A stretch of DNA of 64,000 bases from Pelistega sp. (GCA_030538255.1 JAUNUI010000012.1:17490-81489); one strand, 5' to 3'. Shown: positions 9,982 through 20,452, counted from the stretch's first letter. A program made the numbers and translations. The notes: generated by a model not told the origin, from the sequence alone.

Positions 9982-11571
9982 ATGAAATTATCTACTGCTT
10001 TGTTATCGGTTTCAGATAAAACCGGGATTGTTGAATTTGCTCAAGCGCTTGCGGCACGTGGCATTAAATTACTGTCTACAGGTGGCACCGCTGCCCTGCT
10101 TAAGCAAGCGGGCCTTGAGGTCACCGAGGTCGCTGAGCACACGGGCTCACCTGAAATCTTAGACGGTCGTGTGAAAACTCTGCATCCTAAAATTCATGGT
10201 GGTCTATTAGGTCGTCGTGACGATGAAAAACACTTAGCGACAATGGCTGAGCATGGTATTGCAGCGATTGATTTGCTTGTGGTGAACTTATACCCTTTCC
10301 GTGAAACCATTGCTAAGCCGAATTGCAGCTTTGCCGATGCGGTCGAGAATATTGATATTGGTGGCCCAGCCATGTTGCGTGCTGCGGCTAAAAATCACGG
10401 TACGGAAGTTGGCGGTGTAACCGTAGTTATCGATCCTTCTGACTATACTCAAGTATTGCAAGAGATTGATGAATTTGGTCAGCCTTCATATGGTTTACGC
10501 TTAAAATTAGCCACTAAGACTTATGCCCATACTGCGGCGTATGATGGTGCTATTGCCCAATACTTAAGCAGCTTAGTCGATGCTGAGCCGGCGCAAGATG
10601 CACAACCTACGCGTAAGCAATGGCCAAGTACCATTACCCTGCAATTACAGCAGCATCAAGAATTGCGTTACGGTGAGAATCCGCACCAACAAGCCGCCTT
10701 CTATTTAGATCCTATCACTGGTGAAGGTCTACTTGGTCGCTACCAACAATTGCAAGGCAAGGAATTGTCATACAACAATATTGCCGATGCGGATGCTGCT
10801 TGGGAATGTTCACGCAGCTTTGATGTGCCTGTCTGCGTTATCGTTAAGCACGCTAACCCTTGTGGTGTGGCGATTGCTGAGAATGCATTTGCTGCCTATC
10901 AGAAAGCTTTTAAGACCGACCCTACCTCAGCTTTCGGTGGCATTATCGCCTTCAACCGTACGGTTGATGTGCAAGTGGCGCAGGAAGTCAGCAAGCAATT
11001 TATGGAAGTTTTATTAGCCCCGGATTACACGCCCGAAGCTTTAGAACTCTTAGCTGCTAAGAAAAATGTGCGCGTATTAAAAGTCGCCAGCGGCTCAGCG
11101 CAGAACCCATTTGACGTGAAACGCGTCGGTGGTGGCTGGTTAGTACAAGATCCTGACGCTTTCGACGTACCCGTTGAGTCCCTCAAAGTCGTCACGAAAA
11201 AGCAACCGACCGAGCAACAATTGAAAGACTTGATGTTTGCCTGGAAAGTCGCGAAGTACGTGAAGTCGAATGCCATCGTATTCTGTGCCGACGGTATGAC
11301 CATGGGCGTCGGTGCGGGTCAAATGAGCCGTCTTGACTCAGCACGTATCGCGTCGATTAAGGCCGAAGCCAATGGTTTAAGCTTGAAAACCACTGCCGCG
11401 GCTTCAGATGCCTTCTTCCCTTTCCGTGATGGTCTCGATGTGATTGTGGCCGCCGGTGCCGATTGTATTATTCAGCCAGGTGGTAGTATCCGTGATGATG
11501 AAGTGATTGATGCCGCTAATGAACATGGTATTGCCATGGTCTACACAGGCACTCGTCATTTCCGTCACTAA
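9982..11571 (+). CDS. purH: bifunctional AICAR transformylase / IMP cyclohydrolase
   Basis: 529 aa. N-terminal MGS-like block [15 protein letters not shown]...[10 protein letters not shown] and C-terminal AICARFT block [11 protein letters not shown]...[10 protein letters not shown]. Confidence 0.95.
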   Translation: MKLSTALLSVSDKTGIVEFAQALAARGIKLLSTGGTAALLKQAGLEVTEVAEHTGSPEILDGRVKTLHPKIHGGLLGRRDDEKHLATMAEHGIAAIDLLVVNLYPFRETIAKPNCSFADAVENIDIGGPAMLRAAAKNHGTEVGGVTVVIDPSDYTQVLQEIDEFGQPSYGLRLKLATKTYAHTAAYDGAIAQYLSSLVDAEPAQDAQPTRKQWPSTITLQLQQHQELRYGENPHQQAAFYLDPITGEGLLGRYQQLQGKELSYNNIADADAAWECSRSFDVPVCVIVKHANPCGVAIAENAFAAYQKAFKTDPTSAFGGIIAFNRTVDVQVAQEVSKQFMEVLLAPDYTPEALELLAAKKNVRVLKVASGSAQNPFDVKRVGGGWLVQDPDAFDVPVESLKVVTKKQPTEQQLKDLMFAWKVAKYVKSNAIVFCADGMTMGVGAGQMSRLDSARIASIKAEANGLSLKTTAAASDAFFPFRDGLDVIVAAGADCIIQPGGSIRDDEVIDAANEHGIAMVYTGTRHFRH

Positions 11572-11661
11572 TCCGCTGCGCTCGCCTAAGCAGCAGTGCA
11601 AGTGTGAATCTATTAACGGTAAGGTGTAAACATGCGCCCATTCAACGGTGAGCACTAAGAC

Positions 11662-12201
11662 GTGAGAATTCTTGGTATTGACCCAGGTCTGCGTCGCACT
11701 GGTTTTGGTATAGTGGATGTGCAAGGTATGCATATCCACTATGTCGCCAGCGGTACGATTGTGGTACCGAGTGATATTGCTCTGCACTTACGCCTTAAAG
11801 ACATCATGGACCATATCCGTGAAGTCATTCAACACTATCAGCCCAGTCACTCCGCACTGGAAAAAGTCTTCGTTAATACCAACCCCGCTTCTACCCTCTT
11901 ACTGGGTCAAGCGCGTGGTGCCGCTATGTGTGCCCTTGCCGATTGTGGTCTCGATGTGGCGGAATATACAGCGCTGCAGATTAAGAAATCCGTGGTGGGC
12001 CGTGGTCATGCCACCAAAGAGCAGGTACAGTTAATGGTGCAGCACTTACTGAAGCTCAATGGGGTGCCTGAAGCCGACTCGGCGGATGCACTAGCCTGCG
12101 CCATTACGCATGCACATGTCTTCCCATTAGCTGAGAAATTAAGGCGCCAAGAGACGGATTTAGCTAACAAGCCACGCTTACGCGGCGGTCGCTTGATGTG
12201 A
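11662..12201 (+). CDS. ruvC: crossover junction endodeoxyribonuclease RuvC
   Basis: GTG start; [15 protein letters not shown]...[14 protein letters not shown]. Confidence 0.9.
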   Translation: MRILGIDPGLRRTGFGIVDVQGMHIHYVASGTIVVPSDIALHLRLKDIMDHIREVIQHYQPSHSALEKVFVNTNPASTLLLGQARGAAMCALADCGLDVAEYTALQIKKSVVGRGHATKEQVQLMVQHLLKLNGVPEADSADALACAITHAHVFPLAEKLRRQETDLANKPRLRGGRLM

Positions 12202-12213
12202 GTTAAAGACAGG

Positions 12214-12364
12214 GTTTACGCTGTACACTTAAGCAATAAAGGTCCGCAGGATTTTTCATAGTACGAAAATGAACGTTTACGTTGCGCACTTAAGCAATAA
12301 AGGTACGTGTTTGGTCTGCAATCGAGCGAGCAATCGTTTACGCTATACACTTAAGCAATAAAGT
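12214..12364 (+). repeat. 61-nt-period repeat x3 (29-nt conserved core plus 32-nt variable segment) between ruvC and ruvA
   Basis: The cores start at 12214, 12275 and 12336: gtttacgctgtacacttaagcaataaagg / gtttacgttgcgcacttaagcaataaagg / gtttacgctatacacttaagcaataaagt. The intervening 32-mers are unrelated to one another. Confidence 0.9.
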
Positions 12365-12427
12365 GGCGACATACGTTAAAAAGGCTCTAGAGGAACAGAC
12401 TCAAAAACTCAAGGAAAAAGGAAAAAT

Positions 12428-13000
12428 ATGATTGGTCGTATTAATGGTATTTTGATTGAGAAATTACCGCCCACTATCTGCGTGGATGTGAATGGCGTGG
12501 GCTACGATATTGATGTACCCATGAGTACGCTCTATGACTTGCCCGACATTGGTGCTAAAGTTGCGCTCTACACCCATCTCACGGTGCGCGAGGATGCGCA
12601 TATTTTGTATGGCTTCTTGCGTCCCGAAGAACGTACCGCATTTCGTACCCTGATTAAGGTCAGTGGCATTGGTGCGCGCACAGCTTTAGGTATTTTATCT
12701 GGCATGAGTACGCAAGACTTAGCGGCGGCGATTAATAATCAAGAGGTCGGCCTTTTAACCAAAGTGCCTGGAATTGGACCGAAGACCGCTGCGCGACTTT
12801 TACTCGAACTCAAAGGCAAGTTCCATGCCGTATCAAGCGCGACTATCGCTCCTCAACAGTCAGATAAAAATGATATACTGAACGCCTTAATCGCTCTGGG
12901 TTATTCTGAAAAAGAGTCCTTAGCGGCGGTCAAGTTATTGCCTAATGATGTCTCTGTTTCGGATGGTATTCGTCAAGCGCTGCAACAATTGGCGCGTTAA
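12428..13000 (+). CDS. ruvA: Holliday junction DNA helicase subunit RuvA
   Basis: [12 protein letters not shown]...HhH motifs VSGIGARTA and VPGIGPKTA. Confidence 0.9.
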   Translation: MIGRINGILIEKLPPTICVDVNGVGYDIDVPMSTLYDLPDIGAKVALYTHLTVREDAHILYGFLRPEERTAFRTLIKVSGIGARTALGILSGMSTQDLAAAINNQEVGLLTKVPGIGPKTAARLLLELKGKFHAVSSATIAPQQSDKNDILNALIALGYSEKESLAAVKLLPNDVSVSDGIRQALQQLAR

Positions 13001-13165
13001 GTGAGAGGCCGAGTAAAGTCTACGGTTACAGCTTAACGATTTGCAGTTAAGTGTTACTCTTTGAGGCTTACTCATACGATTGAAAGATGTTGAAGAATTA
13101 CTGATTTATTATGCACAACAACTGGCTCCTTGTGAGCAAATAATATTCTTGGTGGAAACAACGAT

Positions 13166-14146
13166 ATGAAAAAAAACTTCTTAAGTAAAATTTTATTCGC
13201 CGGTGTGATGGCGGGTGCCGTATTTTCAAGCAGCGCCATGGCTGAGCAAACCATTAAAGTAGCTTATGCACTAGCCAAGAACTCACACTACGGTGCGGCG
13301 GCAGACGCCATGGAGAAGTCTCTGGCAGAAAGCACCAACGGTAAATTCAAGGTTCAACACTTTGAAAACAGTGCCTTAGGTGGTGAGCGTGAAGTAATTG
13401 AGGGCCTACAATTGGGCACGATTGATGCAGCGGTTCTATCAACCGGTGCCATCCTTAACTTCGTACCACAAGTGGGTGTGTTTGATATCCCTTTCTTATT
13501 CCGTGACTTAGAGCATGCACGTAAAGTATTGGATAGTCAGTTAGGTCAAGATATGTTGAAAGAGTTCAACAAGCGCGGTTTAGTGGCTGTGGCTTGGGGT
13601 GAGCAAGGTTTCCGTCATATGACTAACAACAAGCACCCTATCAATACGCCAGCCGACTTGAAAGGCTTGAAGATTCGTACCACTGAAAATCCAATTCATA
13701 TCTTGGCCTTCAGTGAGTTAGGTATGTTACCAACACCTATGGCATGGCCTGAAGTGCAGACTGCACTACAACAAGGCACGATTGATGGTCAGGAAAATCC
13801 AACATCGGTTATCGTATCTGCCAAGTTAAATCAACAACAGAAATTCATGTCGTTAACCGCGCACGTGTATGCACCTGGCGTGATTGTTTACTCGCCTTCA
13901 GTGTATAACGCATTGACTGATGAAGAGAAAGCGAAGTTCGATGAAGCCGGTAAATTAGCCGCTAAAGCCATGCGTGACTTTGTTGATAATGTGGAAAAAG
14001 ACGGCGTGCAAAGTCTAAAAGACGCGGGCATGCAGGTGAACGACGTTGATCGCAAAGCCTTCGCTGACATTGTGCAGAAAGTGTATCCTGAATATCACAA
14101 GAAATTCACCAAAGAGCTTGTTGAGTCTATTCAAAATACGCAGTAA
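13166..14146 (+). CDS. dctP: TRAP transporter substrate-binding protein (DctP family)
   Basis: Signal peptide MKKNFLSKILFAGVMAGAVFSSSAMA, DctP-like length, and the dctQ/dctM genes follow directly. Confidence 0.85.
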   Translation: MKKNFLSKILFAGVMAGAVFSSSAMAEQTIKVAYALAKNSHYGAAADAMEKSLAESTNGKFKVQHFENSALGGEREVIEGLQLGTIDAAVLSTGAILNFVPQVGVFDIPFLFRDLEHARKVLDSQLGQDMLKEFNKRGLVAVAWGEQGFRHMTNNKHPINTPADLKGLKIRTTENPIHILAFSELGMLPTPMAWPEVQTALQQGTIDGQENPTSVIVSAKLNQQQKFMSLTAHVYAPGVIVYSPSVYNALTDEEKAKFDEAGKLAAKAMRDFVDNVEKDGVQSLKDAGMQVNDVDRKAFADIVQKVYPEYHKKFTKELVESIQNTQ

Positions 14147-14163
14147 TCCCTTGCTTTACCACG

Positions 14164-14197
14164 AAGGGTTAGCCGTCTGATTTGCTAACCCTTTTTC
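14164..14197 (+). terminator. stem-loop with U-run after dctP (intra-operon attenuator/terminator)
   Basis: AAGGGTTAGC...GCTAACCCTT followed by TTTCG. Confidence 0.55.
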
Positions 14198-14383
14198 GCT
14201 TTATGGTTGGCGATGCATTTATGGGCCTAGTCGCGCATTAAATATCTAGGCCCGTCACCATAATCAATGTCCTTTCTTATTGTTTTGACTTTTTAACTCG
14301 CCTATCAAACGCCTATAAAGTGGCCCACCACCTTATCGTCAATACTTACATTGATGTTTCCTACGCCGAGTTAGCTTGTTTTC

Positions 14384-14908
14384 ATGGCAGCGTTAATGCG
14401 CTTTACTATTATGAAATCAATCATTCGTTTTCTCGATCGCACCCTGTTTAAATTGGTGTCTTTTTTCGCTCAGTTGCTCCTGCTTTCCGCAGTCATCACG
14501 GGCATTTATCAAGTATTTACGCGCTTTGTCTTACAGTCCCCTTCAGCTTGGACTGAGGCCTGGACACGCTCAGCCTTGATCTGGGTAGTTTTCTTAGGGC
14601 TCGTACTGGCTTTCCGTCATGGTGAGATGCTTAAAGTGGATGTATTAAATAATCTACTGCCACCTAAGGGCCGCCGTATTATTTTCCATTTTGCTAATGC
14701 TATGTGCGTGGCCTTCTTAGGCTTTTTAACCTGGATTGGTATTGATATGACATACCGTGTGCGCTTTCAAAGCATCGCCGGTTTAGATTTCTCAATTTCT
14801 TGGATTTACGCCTCCATCCCCATAGGTAGTGCCATCGCTCTGCTTGCGGTTCTGGTCTATTGGTTTAATCCTGAACCATTAGATCATCAAGCACACATAG
14901 CGGAGTAA
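14384..14908 (+). CDS. dctQ: TRAP transporter small permease (DctQ family)
   Basis: Four-TM protein with a W.E(A)W.R..LIWVVFLG...H..VD block. The start is ambiguous (ATG at 14384 or 14411). Confidence 0.8.
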   Translation: MAALMRFTIMKSIIRFLDRTLFKLVSFFAQLLLLSAVITGIYQVFTRFVLQSPSAWTEAWTRSALIWVVFLGLVLAFRHGEMLKVDVLNNLLPPKGRRIIFHFANAMCVAFLGFLTWIGIDMTYRVRFQSIAGLDFSISWIYASIPIGSAIALLAVLVYWFNPEPLDHQAHIAE

Positions 14909-14912
14909 GACG

Positions 14913-16172
14913 ATGTCGCAAATTATGATTATTTCAATGCTACTGTTTTTCATCTTAACGATTCCAGTAGCAGTCTCAATTGGTTTAGCCTCCCTACTCG
15001 GGATTCATGTTGCGGGTATTAACTGGTTAGTGGTAGCACAACAGTTCTATGCCGCCTTGGATAAATTCCCCCTCGCCGCGATTCCTTTCTTTATCTTAGC
15101 CGGTAACTTGATGCAAGCCGCTGGGATTTCAGAGCGTATGGTGAACTTTGCCAAGAGCTTAGTGGGCAATATGCAAGGTGGTTTAGCGTGTAGTTGTGTG
15201 ATCACCTGCATGATCTTCGCGGCCGTAGCAGGCTCAAGTGTGGCCACGACTTTCGCCGTGGGTGCGATCTTAATTCCCGCCATGGTCAAGCACGGTTATC
15301 CCAAGCCGTTTGCCGCGTCTCTACAAGCGACTGCGGCTGAGTTAGGTGTGATTATTCCGCCATCGGTGCCAATGATTTTGTTTGCCGTATCGACACAGAC
15401 TGACTTGGGTTCGCTGTTTATCGGTGGTATTTTGCCTGGCTTTTTAATTGCAGGCGCTTTAGTGCTGTATGTTTGGTTATATGCGAAAAAGAACAATCTT
15501 GGCTTGCGTGACGGCGAGAATCGCTTGAGCTTCTGGAAGGCATTCAATCAAGCAAAATTAGCGCTGCTAATGCCGGTGATTATTCTTGGTGGAATTTACG
15601 GTGGTATCTTTACCCCCACTGAAGCCTCGGTAGTGGCGGTAGTATATGCACTCCTAATTGGCATGTTTGTCTACCGCACCTTATCCTTCAAGTCCTTAAG
15701 CACAACATTTAGGAATGCGGCAATTGGTACCGCGGTGATTATGTTCTTGATTGCGAATGCGGGTCTGTTCGGTTTCTTGCTGAATCGCGCGGGTATCCCA
15801 CAGCAATTAGGTGAGTGGTTAGCGCATGTGTTCAGTGATAAGTACACCTTCTTACTGGGTGTGAATGCTGCCTTGTTCGTGATTGGTATGTTTATTGAGA
15901 CCTCGGCCTCTATCGTGGTGCTTGCGCCATTATTGCTACCCGTTGCGGTTGGTTTCGGCGTCGACCCTGTACACTTTGGCATTATTATGGTGGTGAACTT
16001 GGCCATGGGTATGATTACCCCACCATTCGGTGTGAACCTGTTTGCCGCTTGTGCGGTAGCGAAGATGTCAGTCGATCAGCTGATACGGCCGCTGATACCG
16101 TTTGTCGCGGTGACCTTACTCTGCTTACTGCTGATTACCTATATTCCGTGGTTTGCGCTCGGTTTATTATAG
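14913..16172 (+). CDS. dctM: TRAP transporter large permease (DctM family)
   Basis: 419-aa polytopic protein starting 4 nt after dctQ. Confidence 0.9.
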   Translation: MSQIMIISMLLFFILTIPVAVSIGLASLLGIHVAGINWLVVAQQFYAALDKFPLAAIPFFILAGNLMQAAGISERMVNFAKSLVGNMQGGLACSCVITCMIFAAVAGSSVATTFAVGAILIPAMVKHGYPKPFAASLQATAAELGVIIPPSVPMILFAVSTQTDLGSLFIGGILPGFLIAGALVLYVWLYAKKNNLGLRDGENRLSFWKAFNQAKLALLMPVIILGGIYGGIFTPTEASVVAVVYALLIGMFVYRTLSFKSLSTTFRNAAIGTAVIMFLIANAGLFGFLLNRAGIPQQLGEWLAHVFSDKYTFLLGVNAALFVIGMFIETSASIVVLAPLLLPVAVGFGVDPVHFGIIMVVNLAMGMITPPFGVNLFAACAVAKMSVDQLIRPLIPFVAVTLLCLLLITYIPWFALGLL

Positions 16173-16393
16173 CCCTTAGTTCATGATGAAGCAGATTTGC
16201 GGGGGGGTTTAATTCGAACTGTCGCGGGTCTGCTCTAAGCGGTTCGACTGTATGGTTGAGTTCATTGTTTGCATGAGTTCTTTGTGTCAGGGCCCGCAGA
16301 AAGTCAGTTTACAGGCCAATTCGCTAATCGAGCGTGAATCTTTTATAATGGGACAAGTTCTTCGCACTTGCCCCATTTTCTTTTAGACCTAGC

Positions 16394-16411
16394 TTATGGC
16401 AATTTTCTTTG
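16394..16411 (+). repeat. upstream copy of the ruvB start region (direct repeat flanking the TA module)
   Basis: TTATGGCAATTTTCT at 16394-16408 is identical to 17330-17344, which contains the ruvB ATG at 17332. Identity is 17/18 when extended. The upstream copy opens a 13-codon relic ORF, MAIFFVAMSYIMK. Confidence 0.9.
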
Positions 16412-16475
16412 TAGCAATGTCTTATATAATGAAATAAGACTAGCCTAGAAACTTCTATATTATGGAGAGAACGCT

Positions 16476-16769
16476 ATGCGCCCCTCTGAAATACTTGCCT
16501 CCAATAGAGATGCTGTCTTAGCAATTTTTGCGAAATACCCTAAGCTTGTGAACCCTAGAGTATTTGGATCGGTTGCTTCTGGACAAGACACTGAGTTAAG
16601 CGATATAGACTTCTTAGTGGATGACTTACCGCAAGCAACGCTATTTGATTTAGGCGGCTTATATGTTGAACTCAATGAGCTACTCGGCGTTAATGTTGAT
16701 GTTGTCACTCCAGGGGATTTACCACAAAAATTTCGCGATATTGTTATTAAAGAAGCCGTGCCATTATGA
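16476..16769 (+). CDS. mntA: MntA-type nucleotidyltransferase antitoxin (type VII TA)
   Basis: GSVASGQDTELSDIDFLV (GS...DxD minimal nucleotidyltransferase motif). 97 aa, with an ATGA overlap onto the HepT gene. Confidence 0.85.
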   Translation: MRPSEILASNRDAVLAIFAKYPKLVNPRVFGSVASGQDTELSDIDFLVDDLPQATLFDLGGLYVELNELLGVNVDVVTPGDLPQKFRDIVIKEAVPL

Positions 16770-17149
16770 GTAATTTGATGCGATTGGTAGACTATCTTGA
16801 GCATATTGAGAAAGCATGTGTTGATTGTATTGCCGATTTAAAAGGCATTACTCGAGAAACCTTTCTACTTGACAGCCAGATTCAACGCTCCGTGACGATG
16901 AGTATCATCATTATTGGTGAGGCATCAACAAAGATATCTCAACAATTTCCAGTTTTTGTTCAAGACAACCCACAAATACCTTGGATTGCAATGCGTGGTA
17001 TTAGGAATCGTTTAGTTCATGGTTATTATGAAATCAATCTCAACACCTTATGGAATACCGCAACGACAAACATTCCAGAGGTTTATTCCCTTCTTTCAGT
17101 TTTAAAACTGAGAGCTGAATCTTACACTCAAAACATACAAAACCAATAG
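16766..17149 (+). CDS. hepT: HepT-type HEPN (DUF86) RNase toxin
   Basis: RNRLVHGY matches the Rx4HxY HEPN motif. 127 aa. Confidence 0.85.
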   Translation: MSNLMRLVDYLEHIEKACVDCIADLKGITRETFLLDSQIQRSVTMSIIIIGEASTKISQQFPVFVQDNPQIPWIAMRGIRNRLVHGYYEINLNTLWNTATTNIPEVYSLLSVLKLRAESYTQNIQNQ

Positions 17150-17227
17150 ATCTGTGTGATGGAATGCTTAATACTTTAAATTGATATTTTGACAAAATAA
17201 CATTCATGTAGTATTTCTGGGTGACAT

Positions 17228-17263
17228 TGGTGTAAGCTTATACAGTGGTGTAAGCTTATACAG
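17228..17263 (+). repeat. 18-nt x2 tandem duplication downstream of hepT
   Basis: tggtgtaagcttatacag occurs twice, head to tail. Confidence 0.9.
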
Positions 17264-17331
17264 CCGAAAAACGCAATTGACACTTCACAATTCGAAAAGC
17301 ACTAAGTATTACTTTTTTTATCCTCTCCTTT

Positions 17332-18387
17332 ATGGCAATTTTCTCTGATAATCTTTCTGCTGCTAATACACGCCTAGTTTCGGCACAGACTTTCTCGCCT
17401 AATGAGGAGTCGGTTGAGCGTGCTTTGCGCCCTAAAACTTTGCAGGACTATACGGGTCAAGAACGTGTCTGTGAACAATTAGAGATTTTCATTCAGGCCG
17501 CCAAGCAACGTCAAGAATCTCTCGACCATGTGCTCTTGTTTGGCCCACCAGGTTTGGGTAAAACAACCTTAGCGCATATTATTGCCAATGAGATGGGTTC
17601 CCAGATGCGTCAAACTTCAGGACCTGTCTTGGAAAAAGCCGGCGACTTAGCGGCTATTCTGACCAATCTGCAAGCGCATGATGTCTTATTTATTGATGAG
17701 ATTCATCGCTTATCTCCTGTGGTGGAAGAGATTCTCTACCCTGCCCTAGAAGACTTTCAAATTGATATCCTGATTGGTGAAGGGCCTGCTGCACGCAGCG
17801 TGAAAATTGATCTACAACCCTTCACCTTAGTCGGTGCGACTACGCGTGCGGGCATGCTTACCAATCCCTTACGAGATCGCTTTGGTATTATTTCTCGTCT
17901 TGAGTTTTACACGGCTGAGCAATTAGCCAAGATTGTGCAACGTAGTGCGCAATTACTCAACACCAGCATCACCCCTGAGGGGGCGCTTGAAATAGCACGT
18001 CGCTCACGTGGCACACCGCGTATTGCGAATCGCTTATTGCGTCGTGTGCGTGATTATGCGGATGTCAAAAATCAAGGGATTATTTCCAATGAGTCGGCTG
18101 CGGCTGCCTTGAGTATGTTAGAAGTTGACCCGCATGGTCTGGACTTAATGGACCGCAAATTACTCGAAACCATTATTCATAAATTTGATGGCGGTCCAGT
18201 CGGTGTGGATAATCTAGCAGCGGCCATCGGAGAGGAAAGTGACACGATTGAAGATGTGATCGAGCCGTATTTAATTCAGCATGGCTATCTGCAGCGTACC
18301 GCCCGTGGTCGTATTGCCACGCAAACCACGTGGCTGCACTTTGGCTTAAACCCGCCTGGCAAGAGCACGCATCCTGATTTGTTTTAA
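17332..18387 (+). CDS. ruvB: Holliday junction DNA helicase RuvB
   Basis: [12 protein letters not shown]...[11 protein letters not shown]...FIDEIHRL...TTRAG. Confidence 0.95.
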   Translation: MAIFSDNLSAANTRLVSAQTFSPNEESVERALRPKTLQDYTGQERVCEQLEIFIQAAKQRQESLDHVLLFGPPGLGKTTLAHIIANEMGSQMRQTSGPVLEKAGDLAAILTNLQAHDVLFIDEIHRLSPVVEEILYPALEDFQIDILIGEGPAARSVKIDLQPFTLVGATTRAGMLTNPLRDRFGIISRLEFYTAEQLAKIVQRSAQLLNTSITPEGALEIARRSRGTPRIANRLLRRVRDYADVKNQGIISNESAAAALSMLEVDPHGLDLMDRKLLETIIHKFDGGPVGVDNLAAAIGEESDTIEDVIEPYLIQHGYLQRTARGRIATQTTWLHFGLNPPGKSTHPDLF

Positions 18388-18391
18388 TAGA

Positions 18392-20233
18392 CTAACTCTC
18401 ACGCAAGAAATTTAAGATATCGCTACCATAGGTATCGAGCTTATGTTGCCCTACCCCGCTAATATTGGCTAAGGCACGTAGGCTATCAGGCTGCTCGACA
18501 GCAATCTGCTGCAAGGTCGTATCATTAAAAATAAAATAGGCGGGAATACTATGCTCTTTCGCTAAGGCCAAGCGCCAGGCTTTTAAGCGTTCGTAACGCT
18601 CTTGTGCCGCCGCAGGTAAATCGACCAAGTTCTTCTTGCGATTGAACATAATATTCTTCGAGCGTGATGCACTGCGTTCTGACTCTTGGCGTAACATCAA
18701 CACCTCATCGCCTTTTAAAATCGATTTAGCCGCAGCGGTTAAGACCAAGGTGGAATAGCCTTGATTATCAACCGTCAGGTAAGAGCGAGCTAAGAGTTGA
18801 CGTACCACGCTATTCCAGCGATCCACAGTCAAATCCTTGCCAATTCCAAACACGCTTAATTCTTGGTGATGATTGTCTTGAACGCGTTGGTTCATCTGCC
18901 CCTGCAGAATATCAATGATGTGTTTTGCGCCAAATCGTTGGGCATACTTTCGATGCAACCAATATACGGCGGAGAGAAATTTCTGTGCTGCCTGGGTGCC
19001 ATCCCAGAGCTTGGGAGGATTAAGGCAAACATCACAATTACCACAATCACCAATCTGCTGACCAAAATAGGCAAGTAATTGGGTACGGCGGCAAGTCGCG
19101 CATTCGCAAAGAGCTAGCATGGCATTCAATTGGCGTAAGGAACGTTGTTTAAACCCTTCGTCACCATTTGATATTTCAATCATTTTACGTTGTTGTACAA
19201 CATCGTTTAAACCATAGGCCATCCATGCCGTGGCTGGCAGGCCATCACGCCCTGCTCGTCCAGTCTCTTGATAATAGCCTTCAATCGACTTAGGCATATC
19301 AATATGCGCCACAAAGCGCACATCGGGTTTATTAATCCCCATACCAAAAGCGATCGTCGCTACCATCACGATCCCTTCTTCTTGTTGGAAGCGCTGCTGG
19401 TTTGCGGTACGGGTCGCTAGGTCTAGTCCTGCATGATAGGCTAGGGCTTGGATACCTTGCTTGCATAAGAACTCAGCGATACTCTCCGTGCGACTGCGTG
19501 AAGAGCAGTACACAATGCCTGAATCACCCAGATGGTTCTCACTGATAAAGTGGAGTAATTGGCGGCGTTGGTCTATCTTCTCGACAATTTCATAGCGGAT
19601 ATTCGGACGGTCGAAGCTGCTGATAAAAGCCTGAGCATCTTGCAGTTGCAAGCGCTGCTCAATCTCGTGTCGAGTTTGACTGGTTGCAGTGGCGGTTAAG
19701 GCAATCCTTGGCACATCAGGCCAACGCTCATGTAGAATCGATAAGCCTAAATACTCAGGTCGGAAATCATGCCCCCATTGCGATACGCAATGCGCCTCAT
19801 CAATCGCAAATAAAGAAATTCGTCCATAGTTCAGCATGCTTAAGCAACGTTCAGTCAAGAGGCGCTCAGGGGCAATATACAATAAGTCCAACTGACCCCG
19901 CGCCCAAGCATTCTCAACTTGTTGCGCTTCTTGCCAACTTAAGGTGGAGTTCAGATAAGCCGCTCGTACACCGAGCTCTCGTAATGCCTGCACTTGCTCT
20001 TGCATTAGGGCAATCAGCGGCGAGACCACCACGGCGGTGCCCTCTCGCACTAAGGCAGGTATTTGGTAGCACAATGATTTGCCCGCCCCAGTTGGCATCA
20101 AGACCAGACAATCCCCACCCGCTATCAGATGCTCAACAATCCTTTGTTGCTCACCACGAAAGTGGTCGTAACCAAACACGGTGCGTAAAGCCTCAAGTGC
20201 TGGTGTGGATGAGTGATCTAGAGATTCGGACAC
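18392..20233 (-). CDS. recQ: ATP-dependent DNA helicase RecQ
   Basis: MPTGAGKSLCYQ, FAIDEAHCVSQWGHDFRPEY, a zinc-binding Cys cluster (CRRTQLL...CGNCDVC) and a C-terminal HRDC-like block. Confidence 0.95.
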   Translation of the reverse strand: MSESLDHSSTPALEALRTVFGYDHFRGEQQRIVEHLIAGGDCLVLMPTGAGKSLCYQIPALVREGTAVVVSPLIALMQEQVQALRELGVRAAYLNSTLSWQEAQQVENAWARGQLDLLYIAPERLLTERCLSMLNYGRISLFAIDEAHCVSQWGHDFRPEYLGLSILHERWPDVPRIALTATATSQTRHEIEQRLQLQDAQAFISSFDRPNIRYEIVEKIDQRRQLLHFISENHLGDSGIVYCSSRSRTESIAEFLCKQGIQALAYHAGLDLATRTANQQRFQQEEGIVMVATIAFGMGINKPDVRFVAHIDMPKSIEGYYQETGRAGRDGLPATAWMAYGLNDVVQQRKMIEISNGDEGFKQRSLRQLNAMLALCECATCRRTQLLAYFGQQIGDCGNCDVCLNPPKLWDGTQAAQKFLSAVYWLHRKYAQRFGAKHIIDILQGQMNQRVQDNHHQELSVFGIGKDLTVDRWNSVVRQLLARSYLTVDNQGYSTLVLTAAAKSILKGDEVLMLRQESERSASRSKNIMFNRKKNLVDLPAAAQERYERLKAWRLALAKEHSIPAYFIFNDTTLQQIAVEQPDSLRALANISGVGQHKLDTYGSDILNFLRES

Positions 20234-20452
20234 TATAAATTGCTAACCTAACTAAGAAACAGGAAAATATAAGAAACGAGAAAAATAATTAATTTAATTT
20301 AAAACTAATTGGCTTAAGCGCTACGTACAGTAAGCGATATCCCTTTTTATATAGCGGTTATTATAAGCGATTGTTTGTCCTACATCAGACTAATCGCCAT
20401 TGCTTAGCGCTATAATTTGACTTTGTTTTTCTGATTGATTGGCGTAATAATT

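Noticed and set aside
12214-12364. Possible orphan CRISPR array (29-nt repeat, 32-nt spacers, 61-nt period).
   Set aside because: There are only three repeats, and they differ from one another at 2-3 positions. There are no cas genes in the 64 kb and no leader. The core aligns to the adjacent ruvC tail, and the window is full of other stop-proximal tandem repeats with different periods. I kept it as a repeat finding and did not call it CRISPR.
16173-16393. GGTTCGA-containing stretches (16220-16255) that looked like tRNA T-arm fragments.
   Set aside because: No acceptor or anticodon arms can be folded around them, and there is no CCA-proximal stem. They are most likely chance matches in the remnant intergenic DNA.
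20234-20452. Expected a TPP (THI-box) riboswitch upstream of thiO-thiS-thiG.
   Set aside because: I found no CTGAGA...ACCTGATCTGGATAATGCCAGCG-like core on the plus strand. There is only an AT-rich promoter region with TAAGCG-type short repeats. A covariance-model scan would be the decisive test.
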